Virus record (IMG/VR): IMGVR_UViG_3300025011_000026
Reading direction: 5' to 3' (one strand)
Length of the DNA stretch: 64,000 bases
DNA from: a virus
Taxonomy: Duplodnaviria > Heunggongvirae > Uroviricota > Caudoviricetes
Positions 56,713-64,000 of this stretch are shown piece by piece. How positions within the stretch are numbered: the stretch's first letter is position 1; each line of letters opens with the position of its first letter. The notes under the pieces were generated by a model. The model had not been told where the DNA came from. It searched no databases and saw only the letters and a program-made list of their open reading frames with translations. A program made the position numbers and the translations under genes.

Positions 56713-56880
56713 ATGGGATTTATAAGTAATTTAATTAGTGGTTTTGATAAGCCAGAAATTGATATTGATGAATTAGTAAATTTTATAATTGAAGAAACAC
56801 ATGTTAGTAGAGATATTATAGAATTGATTTTAGATACCGAGGAAATTTATTTAAGGATGAGAGGAATTATTATTGATTAA
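56713..56880 (+). CDS. small acidic protein (55 aa)
   Basis: ATG 56713 with weak RBS; followed by intrinsic terminator; below cutoff. Confidence 0.3.
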   Translation: MGFISNLISGFDKPEIDIDELVNFIIEETHVSRDIIELILDTEEIYLRMRGIIID

Positions 56881-56886
56881 GATTTT

Positions 56887-56914
56887 AAGGATGATTTAAT
56901 TATCATCCTTTTTT
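56887..56914 (+). terminator. intrinsic terminator AAGGATGAT-ttaatt-ATCATCCTT + TTTT
   Basis: 9-bp perfect stem followed by T-run; closes the T4SS-like operon. Confidence 0.55.
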
Positions 56915-56956
56915 AATATATTTTATAAAAAAATGATTGACAAGGTATTATTTGCC

Positions 56957-56984
56957 TTGTTTTTGTGTATATTTAATGTATAAT
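56957..56984 (+). promoter_or_regulatory. candidate promoter (TTGTTT-N16-TATAAT, TG directly abutting -10) for the DGQHR-like gene; a consensus TTGACA lies at 56937 but 36 nt from the -10
   Basis: read directly. Confidence 0.35.
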
Positions 56985-57006
56985 GAACGGAAAGGACTGA
57001 TTTGAG

Positions 57007-58557
57007 ATGAAAATTCTATTTTCTGATAAAGTTAAGGATATTAAATTGGAAGGAGATATACATGATATGAGTAGGAAAAGTAAGGAGAGATTTACACAGA
57101 TGGATATTGGTTTGGTTAATGCAGTAAAGGAAGAGGTGATGAACGGAATGAGTGATAATCACTCAGAAGAAGATCAAGAAATGATTCAGGAGATGGAAAG
57201 CATCACTCGTGAAGAAACTGCCGTTGGTTATGAGAGTGCAAATAGTTTTGAAGAGAATAGTAAAAGTGGAGATGTTATTAATTTGGGTGAGAAATCTATG
57301 CCAGCATTTGGTAGTTTAAGTGAAAAGACTAAAATAGAAGAGTCAAATGGGGATGATAAAGAGCAAATGTCAACTGAAGAATTTAATGAAACTAGAAATG
57401 AAGTTTTAGATAGTAAGAGTGAGTTCGAAAAGAAAAAGGAATTAAGAGAAGCAAATAAATTGAAACGAGATATGAGAAGTAAATTAAAGCAATTAGACAG
57501 TGAAAATGATGATAAATCATGGGAACTAAACAATGTCCAAATCGTCTTGCGTGATGGTAAGCCTTATAAATATTTGGTATCACTATCTTGTATGCAGTTG
57601 GCTGAGTGGTATATCTCTAAAAAGCTGATTTACGATTTTGGCGTACAAAGAGGCAGTAAAACCAATAAAAAAGGCGAGGAAGTACCTATACTTTTTCTAA
57701 AACATTGCAATGATATCAAAACTGCAATTTTAGATGGGTCAATTCACGGGGGAACATTGAGTCTAAATTTGCCTACTGACAATAATACACAACTTTTTTA
57801 TGACGAAGACAATATGACTTTAAGTTCTGACGTTCCCTTAACCATAAATGATGGTTTTCACCGCATATATGCAAGTTATTTGTGGTATAAGGAATTTGTT
57901 AAACCAAATAGTACATGTAAAAGTCCTGAAACGTTCTATTTTCCAGCCAATATTGAGCATATTAGTAGACAAGCGAGTTGTGATTTATTCAAAGAATATG
58001 CGGTTATGGGGAAATCTATTAGTAAGAACAGGATTAGTGTCCATAATGTATTTGATAAAAATTATGAAATCACACAGAGGGTTGCAAAATCATCTCAACT
58101 TCGTGGACGTATAGAAATGATTTCTAATTCAATTAAAAGAAGTAGTCCTTGCATTTTTACTTATGGTACAATATTAAATGGAGTATCTGAATTTAAGGTT
58201 ATTACTCAGGGGAAAGAAGAAGAAGTTGGTAATTTCATCATTGAGTTCTTAAATGAATTAATCGAATTATTTCCTAATCTAATGGGTCATGTTGATTCAG
58301 AAACAAGAGCGATAGAAAAACAAAAGAGTTTTGTACTCGAAAAAATGTTTCAAAATTCTTATTTTGTGTTAGCTAGTCAATTACAAGGTAAAGATGATTG
58401 GAAGAGTAGATTGGCTAAATTGACACAAAACAATTTCCTATCAAGAAGTAATCCAATGTGGGGCTTTTGCCTTAGAGAAGGCGAAAAAATAGTGAATTCT
58501 TCAAAGGTGCAAAAAACAATTACTGAGAAAATTATTGACTATGTGATGGCAAACTAA
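57007..58557 (+). CDS. ParB/Srx-fold DGQHR-like (DndB/DUF262-related) protein with long acidic N-terminal extension
   Basis: FGVQRG motif followed about 75 aa later by INDGFHRI (DGQHR/DGQQR-type motif); own promoter and terminators. Confidence 0.45.
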   Translation: MKILFSDKVKDIKLEGDIHDMSRKSKERFTQMDIGLVNAVKEEVMNGMSDNHSEEDQEMIQEMESITREETAVGYESANSFEENSKSGDVINLGEKSMPAFGSLSEKTKIEESNGDDKEQMSTEEFNETRNEVLDSKSEFEKKKELREANKLKRDMRSKLKQLDSENDDKSWELNNVQIVLRDGKPYKYLVSLSCMQLAEWYISKKLIYDFGVQRGSKTNKKGEEVPILFLKHCNDIKTAILDGSIHGGTLSLNLPTDNNTQLFYDEDNMTLSSDVPLTINDGFHRIYASYLWYKEFVKPNSTCKSPETFYFPANIEHISRQASCDLFKEYAVMGKSISKNRISVHNVFDKNYEITQRVAKSSQLRGRIEMISNSIKRSSPCIFTYGTILNGVSEFKVITQGKEEEVGNFIIEFLNELIELFPNLMGHVDSETRAIEKQKSFVLEKMFQNSYFVLASQLQGKDDWKSRLAKLTQNNFLSRSNPMWGFCLREGEKIVNSSKVQKTITEKIIDYVMAN

Positions 58558-58571
58558 AAATGGTAAAAATA

Positions 58572-58607
58572 AGAGTAATAATCACAAATTAAAGTGATTA
58601 TTACTCT
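58572..58607. terminator. bidirectional terminator: perfect 14-bp stem AGAGTAATAATCAC/GTGATTATTACTCT, 8-nt loop
   Basis: between convergent genes 57007..58557 (+) and 58621..60339 (-); AT-rich on both sides. Confidence 0.55.
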
Positions 58608-58620
58608 ATTATATTATTTA

Positions 58621-60339
58621 CTACTTATAAATTCCCCAAACCAATTTTTCACCAGTTTCAGGATGTTTACCAGCCGATTTTTGATTGCCACTGCAACATC
58701 TAGATATGCCATTCGCAGACATATTATATTTTATTGAAGCATCCAACATACTCTCAAAAATTTCATTTGTTGTTATACAAATTACCTTTTTCTTACAAGA
58801 ATCATAATTTTCTGCTTTAGCATTTTTTAAACTATATTCTATTTCATCTTCTGTTTTCAAAAGATATTTTTCATAATACATCCAAACCAATGGCTCACCA
58901 GTTATCGACTTACCTGCTGATTTATGCTTACCTTTACAACATGCAGATATATTTGGTCTTATTGATTCTCTGCCATTGAATGAAGCTTCATATATAGAAT
59001 CAAATATTTCTCCAGTTGTAATGCAAATCACTTTCTCGCATATTTCTTCTTTTGGGTTATAAGAACACCATCCTAATTCTGTTCCTTTTTTAAGATAACT
59101 CCTTATCGCACTACTACTCAAATTTAAATTTTCCCCTATTTTAACTGTGCTTTTAATTCCTTCATTCCATAAACTACATGCTGTTTTAACTAAATTTCTA
59201 CACCCTGCTTCTTGCACTCTTAACCAATCTATATCTTCTTCAGTAAAATTTAATAACTCTGGCAATTTACTATTCATAATACTGTCCCTTATCCACCCTA
59301 TTTCAGACGTTCTGCAATCAATTATTAAATAATTTTTAATTTTATTACTCCTAGCCAACCATTCCTTATCAAAATCATTGATTTGTATATCATCTAATGA
59401 ATCCCACTTACTTTTCGTTTCTTCGTAGTGTTGAATTCCTTGACACTCTATCACACCATTTATTTTATTTATGTATATGTCATATCTATAATTTTCACAC
59501 CATTTAAAAGTAGTTTTTGATAATTGAATGATAAATGTTTCGTGTAATTGTTCTAAAACATTTATCATAACCTTTTCGGGGATGCTCACACCATCTCCAC
59601 ATCTGTTGCAACCGAAACCGTGATTTACTAAGTTAGAAATTTTAATCATTTTTTCATAACCACAATCAGGACATTTAGTTAATACATATTCACCTGACCC
59701 AAAAGAATATTTATGTGCATCATTTATATTCACAAAGAAATGTGTTAAATGAGGATGTGTGACAAAAATAGTATTGCACATATCACAATCTAGACTACCC
59801 TTTTGTCCTCCTGTAAAAGAACTTATATGTTTTTGTTCAGGTTTGTGTTCTGGATTATCTAAACAATTAAACCAATATCCTTTTTTATCTATGCCTTGTG
59901 AAGCAAAACTTACATCTTTGGGAGATAATTTATTACCATCTTTATCAACATTCAGTTCGCAATTCCAACGATTAATTATTATATCTGCTTCATTTTTATT
60001 TTTATTATCATAGCACCATTTGTAAAAAGATGTCCATTGTTTATCTCCTGCGTTTGCACATCTTAAACAATAATATTTTCCATCTTCTCTAACTTGTGAA
60101 GTATAGTCAGACCACCTTATATTTTCTAATAATTTTCCACATCCATCACATTCAATATTTACAAATACTCTGGCCTTATCTTGTAGATCCTCTACTTTAA
60201 CTTTTATTATTGCACCTCGTATATATTTTTCTTCGCCATTCTTATTTATGTATTTTGGTATCTCATATCCTTTTGCTTCATACCATTTAATATTTTTACT
60301 ACCTAACCCAACCTCAGCCTCTTTTGTTATCAATCCCAT
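58621..60339 (-). CDS. multi-zinc-ribbon protein with central Vsr/DUF559-like endonuclease core and two C-terminal about 60-aa tandem repeats
   Basis: CDGC..C.RC, CDMC, CPDC, CNRC ribbons; YRYDIYINKINGVIECQGIQHYEE resembles the DUF559/Vsr motif (DF...IEvDG.qH); repeats VICITT.EIF.S...CC.G..KSAGK...GE.LVW x2. Confidence 0.5.
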   Translation of the reverse strand: MGLITKEAEVGLGSKNIKWYEAKGYEIPKYINKNGEEKYIRGAIIKVKVEDLQDKARVFVNIECDGCGKLLENIRWSDYTSQVREDGKYYCLRCANAGDKQWTSFYKWCYDNKNKNEADIIINRWNCELNVDKDGNKLSPKDVSFASQGIDKKGYWFNCLDNPEHKPEQKHISSFTGGQKGSLDCDMCNTIFVTHPHLTHFFVNINDAHKYSFGSGEYVLTKCPDCGYEKMIKISNLVNHGFGCNRCGDGVSIPEKVMINVLEQLHETFIIQLSKTTFKWCENYRYDIYINKINGVIECQGIQHYEETKSKWDSLDDIQINDFDKEWLARSNKIKNYLIIDCRTSEIGWIRDSIMNSKLPELLNFTEEDIDWLRVQEAGCRNLVKTACSLWNEGIKSTVKIGENLNLSSSAIRSYLKKGTELGWCSYNPKEEICEKVICITTGEIFDSIYEASFNGRESIRPNISACCKGKHKSAGKSITGEPLVWMYYEKYLLKTEDEIEYSLKNAKAENYDSCKKKVICITTNEIFESMLDASIKYNMSANGISRCCSGNQKSAGKHPETGEKLVWGIYK

Positions 60340-60856
60340 AAATCTATCCCCTTCCTTAATAGGTTTAAAAATGGGAATAAGACACTCAAACTCTAAGGAA
60401 AGTTCAAGTGTCTCGTTTTACGCCTAAAACTCTGGCCTGAATTTTAGACAACCATATTTATTCCAACCTAATCCAATCCCAAACCATCACAAAACAAAAA
60501 GAGGAATTTATCTTCATAAATTCCTCTTCAAACAAATTCCTTATTCCCAACCAAAACCCTATTTCTCCCTAGTCCCTAAATACAAAATAAAACATAAATA
60601 TCCTACAATACATAAAACAAATAAATACTTCATATCTTTAATATATTCCCACCTTAATTAAATCAATCTCTAAATAATTTAAATCCTCTCTAAAAACACC
60701 ACTCTGTAACCCAATCATACCAACACTTTCAGACCCACAATAATTCCATTCGCACAAAAACAACCCTAGAATCAATCAGAATTATCTTCTAGTATAATTG
60801 TTCCACTCGATAAATCAAGACGCTTAAATGGTGGTTTAATTTGTGATATTTTAAAC

Positions 60857-61240
60857 TTATTTTGTTTCCTCTTTTACTTCTTTGGTATCTTCTACTACAA
60901 CTCCATCAATTTTAAATTTACCACTAATAAAACTGGATAATTTAACCAAAACTTCCTTACCATAATAAAGGTAGCCAGACATCATAAGTAAATAAGTTGC
61001 ATTTGATAAATTTATTTCTTTTCCATCTACACTTACAAGAAGTATATTGGGATTTAACTGTCCTATGAAGCAAACACAAATAAAAGAGATCGAAACTACA
61101 ATCCCTTTGAAAACTCCTTGCCATAACTTCGTCTTGTCAAATTGCTTTAAAAAAAATGAATTTACTGAACCCAAGACGATATTCAAAACTATTAAACCTA
61201 AAAGACTGCCACCAAGTAATAGGGTATTTTGATCAATCAT
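60857..61240 (-). CDS. holin-like membrane protein (127 aa)
   Basis: at least 2 TM helices plus charged C-terminal tail; adjacent to XhlA-like and amidase genes. Confidence 0.5.
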   Translation of the reverse strand: MIDQNTLLLGGSLLGLIVLNIVLGSVNSFFLKQFDKTKLWQGVFKGIVVSISFICVCFIGQLNPNILLVSVDGKEINLSNATYLLMMSGYLYYGKEVLVKLSSFISGKFKIDGVVVEDTKEVKEETK

Positions 61241-61254
61241 TTAAATACATCTCC

Positions 61255-61728
61255 TTAAATTTTAATTCCATATTTCCCTGCGACAAACGCCGATATTAAT
61301 AGACTTATTACAGCCAACGCCTTCAAAACCATCTTCGTATTATTATTTAGTCTAATTTTAGTAATTTCATTTCCTCCTTTTGCTTCAACTTTTGCAAGTT
61401 CATTGTTGCTTTTAGAATTAGATTGTGCAATACTAGAAATTGTGGAAACAAGCAAATTTGTGGATTGATAATTATTGTTTTCTATTCTTGTCAAACAACT
61501 TTTAACTTCTGAAAATTGCAAATCTATTGAATTGAATCTCTCATCATTTGTGGCTCCTCTAATTTGAAGCGCAGTAATTTCATCATCATGGTGATTTATT
61601 TTTTGATCGTGTTTTTCTATCTTTTCAGAATTATAAGATATCCTTTTTTCATGATCCTCAAGTTTAACAATAATTTCATTTTCATCCACTTCCAACACCT
61701 CTTCCATAATTATATTTTTATTTTGCAT
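61255..61728 (-). CDS. XhlA-like lysis-associated protein (coiled coil plus C-terminal TM)
   Basis: His-rich coiled coil EDHEKRISYNSEKIEKHDQKINHHDDEITALQ; C-terminal TM MVLKALAVISLLISAFVAG. Confidence 0.45.
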   Translation of the reverse strand: MQNKNIIMEEVLEVDENEIIVKLEDHEKRISYNSEKIEKHDQKINHHDDEITALQIRGATNDERFNSIDLQFSEVKSCLTRIENNNYQSTNLLVSTISSIAQSNSKSNNELAKVEAKGGNEITKIRLNNNTKMVLKALAVISLLISAFVAGKYGIKI

Positions 61729-61964
61729 TTGACTTTTACCCCTTTCTGTGTTAAACTAACGTCAATGGATGCAATATTTAGAGTATTGCAAACAGGAGAC
61801 AGTCCAGATCGGGCAATAATCTGGCTGTCATACATACTACAACTGAATAAATAAATAAAATTAATTAGATTTACTAAATGTAAAAATAATATTAAATAAT
61901 TTAGTAGATTAAAAGAGATGTAAAACAAATTACACCTCTAATTTGGCATTAAATAAAAAAAATA

Positions 61965-62705
61965 TTAAGCAAGTTCTAATTTTTTGCAAGCATATCCCAT
62001 TTTAATGATTTGCTTAATTACTTCTTCAGATTTAGATTCAAGAACACGAACAGATAGATAAATATCTTTATCTGTTTTTATTGTTGTGTCTGTTTTTACA
62101 TCTGCCACTTTAAATACAACTCCTTCCTTATAAACTATTCCAAAATAAATACAAACACTTTTAGCAATATTCACAGCAATTTGTTGTCTAATATTTGCAT
62201 CTGCTAATTTAGCATTATCATTTTTATTATCTAAAAACGCAGTTTCTAATAATACTGCTGGCATATTTGTGTCCCTAATTACTGCAAAATTTGATACTTT
62301 AATTCCTCTATTATAGAATAATTGTCCCATCATAGGATTTAAAATTTTAGCAAATCTTTCTGCATTTCCATTCAATCCAAATACATGACAAGTTGTGCCA
62401 AATGCCTGAGAATTAAAGGCATCACAATGGACAGAAAGAAATAAATCTGTTTTATTTGAATTTGCTATTTGACATCTTGTATTTAATGAAGCATTAACTG
62501 AAGATCCATTTCCATTTACAGTCCCTCCATCACGAGTCATAATAACTTTAACTCCATTTAACTCAATTAATATTTTTGCACGTTTGCAAATATCTAAAAC
62601 TATATCTTCTTCATGAAGACCAAAGCCTGAACATCCTGTATCAGCATTTGTAATTGACTGATGTCCTGCGTCTAATGTTATTGAATAACTCATTTTTACC
62701 TTCAT
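61965..62705 (-). CDS. N-acetylmuramoyl-L-alanine amidase (Amidase_3 family) endolysin
   Basis: LDAGHQ, LFLSVHCDAFN and AVLLETAFLDN zinc-ligand motifs typical of Amidase_3. Confidence 0.8.
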   Translation of the reverse strand: MKVKMSYSITLDAGHQSITNADTGCSGFGLHEEDIVLDICKRAKILIELNGVKVIMTRDGGTVNGNGSSVNASLNTRCQIANSNKTDLFLSVHCDAFNSQAFGTTCHVFGLNGNAERFAKILNPMMGQLFYNRGIKVSNFAVIRDTNMPAVLLETAFLDNKNDNAKLADANIRQQIAVNIAKSVCIYFGIVYKEGVVFKVADVKTDTTIKTDKDIYLSVRVLESKSEEVIKQIIKMGYACKKLELA

Positions 62706-62748
62706 CTCCTAAATTTTATTTATTAATTTACCATTTTCCTATTCATAC

Positions 62749-64000
62749 CTAAACATCTTCCCTAACAAATACAATCTTACTACCTTTATATCCCAATTCA
62801 TTCTTTATAATTTTATACAAATCATAAATCTCTCCTTTATTAGCAAAATCACCTATCATTACCTTATAATAATTTCCCCTTTCAAAAACATAAATATTAT
62901 AATCTAATCCTCTACTAATTAATTCATCCACTAAATTATCAGCATCACTTTCTATCTTTGTAGATAAAACTTGAACAGAATAATATTTATCGGTATCTAC
63001 AATTGTTATGTATTTAGTATCTGTTTTATTTAGGTATTTTGCTGTGATTTTAACTTTTCCTGTTTTATTTGAATTTGCAATTAAAAGACCATTGTTGTCT
63101 ATTGTTGCAATAGATGGATTTGAAGTTGACCATTCTGCTTTGTCGGTAAAATTATATTTGCCATCAACTATTGCTGATAATTGTAAATTAGAATCAACAA
63201 ACACTTTAGGATAATCTACTTCTATGTCTAATCTTTTGATTTTTGGCATTGGATTAGGAGGTGTTATTTCTTTTTCATTAGAATCAACTATTGCCCAATA
63301 TTCATTTATAGGATAACCTTCTGCTGGCATGTAACAATAACCAGAAAACTCTCCCCAGTCTTTACCCCATGAGTTTAAAATTTTAAAATATAATTTATTA
63401 TGTATCATCTTCCATCCAATAATTGAGGTCGCATGATTTCCGTTATAATTTTCTAGTGTTTTGTCAGGAACAGGAAGTATCCCTCCACGATAAAATGAAC
63501 TATACACCCTAAAACTAATATATACTGGCCCAATATTAACAAGAGATTTTTTAATTTCAGATATATTGTGTAATCTGATATAATCTTTTATCCTATGATT
63601 CTTTGCTTCATCAATCATAGACTGTGTTATTTTTGCCTTTAGCTCAGGGTAATTACCTTGATCTGAAAAGGATGAGTTTAAACATGTTCCATTTAATTTT
63701 AACGCAGAAATTGCGTCAATGCTATACATCCCTTCGCCTTCATATCCACCAATACGATGGGCATAAATAAATCCTGCTGAATGATCTTCATTAGGATTTT
63801 CATTATTCAGACCTAATATATCCTTTATTCCGCGAAGAGCATAACTTACGCAACTTGAATATGGCCCTTGATCTAGGACTTCAGGCAATAAATTTGGAAT
63901 TGTATACTCTCCTACATCTAAATTTATAGATTTTATTACATTATTGTTTTCTATAAAATCATTTAGTTCTATTGTGCCAGTTTCATTTTCAGATGCAGGA
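62749..64000 (-). CDS. papain-like (C1 family) cysteine peptidase with Big_2-like and SPOR-like C-terminal domains; 5' end beyond window
   Basis: YTIPNLLPEVLDQGPYSSCVSYA (QG-x-CxSxA), GNHATSIIGW, NSWGKDWGEFGYCYM match the papain catalytic Cys/His/Asn regions; reading frame stays open upstream of the TTG at 63888 to the window edge. Confidence 0.55.
   Translation of the reverse strand, partial: PASENETGTIELNDFIENNNVIKSINLDVGEYTIPNLLPEVLDQGPYSSCVSYALRGIKDILGLNNENPNEDHSAGFIYAHRIGGYEGEGMYSIDAISALKLNGTCLNSSFSDQGNYPELKAKITQSMIDEAKNHRIKDYIRLHNISEIKKSLVNIGPVYISFRVYSSFYRGGILPVPDKTLENYNGNHATSIIGWKMIHNKLYFKILNSWGKDWGEFSGYCYMPAEGYPINEYWAIVDSNEKEITPPNPMPKIKRLDIEVDYPKVFVDSNLQLSAIVDGKYNFTDKAEWSTSNPSIATIDNNGLLIANSNKTGKVKITAKYLNKTDTKYITIVDTDKYYSVQVLSTKIESDADNLVDELISRGLDYNIYVFERGNYYKVMIGDFANKGEIYDLYKIIKNELGYKGSKIVFVREDV

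Noticed and set aside
56937-56984. TTGACA at 56937 paired with TATAAT at 56979 as a canonical promoter
   Set aside because: Spacer is 36 nt, not 16-18. Kept only a weaker TTGTTT-N16-TATAAT call. The distal TTGACA might serve as an UP-like or second-factor site.
46154-63214. Spurious ORFs in the right half (46154..46372, 49766..49948, 51245..51547, 51476..51688, 53371..53553, 53818..54048, 55609..55911, 57228..57533, 57392..57583, 57848..58114, 59147..59332, 59759..60013, 61047..61232, 61564..61854, 61710..61928, 63008..63214)
   Set aside because: Antisense or out-of-frame overlaps with ParR-like, pilin-like, VirB4, T4CP-like, DGQHR-like, 572-aa nuclease, holin, XhlA and peptidase genes.
1-64000. 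Integrase / site-specific recombinase and attachment site
   Set aside because: No ORF with tyrosine recombinase (R..HxxR..Y) or serine recombinase motifs found in the six-frame track. Consistent with an episomal lifestyle, but absence in this window is not proof for the whole genome.

Overview
This window looks like part of a large, very AT-rich (by eye about 30% GC, not computed) Clostridium-like Firmicutes phage organised as a phage-plasmid. No integrase/tyrosine or serine recombinase is visible here. No capsid, tail or terminase genes lie in the window, so the virion module is presumably beyond the right edge. Genes run almost entirely on the + strand over 1-44080 and 48157-58557, with - strand blocks at 44088-47495 and 58621-64000. 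Layout: (i) 0-12.6 kb, an early-type array of about 30 small ORFs (many CxxC zinc-ribbon proteins) with embedded lipoprotein, His/Ser-tailed membrane protein, SPFH/band-7 and bactofilin-like genes. (ii) 12.7-27.9 kb, a replication/recombination module behind a consensus sigma-A promoter: SSB-like protein, RecA-fold ATPase, DnaB-like helicase, DnaG-like primase, Cas4-like PD-(D/E)XK nuclease, free-standing HNH-AP2 homing endonuclease, Pol III alpha (DnaE type), class II ribonucleotide reductase and a Nudix hydrolase. (iii) 27.9-35 kb, a second small-ORF array. (iv) 35-43 kb, a homing-endonuclease-like gene, type II topoisomerase B and A subunits, ThyX, a guanylate-kinase-like gene interrupted in its P-loop by a 326-aa intein, and a HAD nucleotidase. 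(v) 44-47.7 kb (- strand), a plasmid-type maintenance module: winged-HTH Rep candidate, four TTTAGACNGGT iterons, three perfect DnaA boxes, a candidate divergent small RNA, and ParM/ParR-like partition genes with centromere-like repeats. (vi) 50.3-56.7 kb, a Gram-positive T4SS-like module: M23 peptidase, pilin-like protein, VirB6-like and VirB3-like membrane proteins, a VirB4 ATPase, a coupling-protein-like ATPase and a Replic_Relax protein. (vii) 56.9-60.4 kb, a convergent gene pair: a ParB/Srx-fold DGQHR-like protein with its own promoter and terminators, facing a 572-aa multi-zinc-ribbon protein with a Vsr/DUF559-like endonuclease core and tandem C-terminal repeats. This pair is the best candidate for an undescribed defence or selfish system in the window. 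(viii) 60.8-64 kb (- strand), a lysis cassette: holin, XhlA-like protein, Amidase_3 amidase and a papain-like C1 peptidase with Big_2/SPOR-like tail, truncated at the window edge. All calls rest on motif reading of the supplied translations; no database searches were run.
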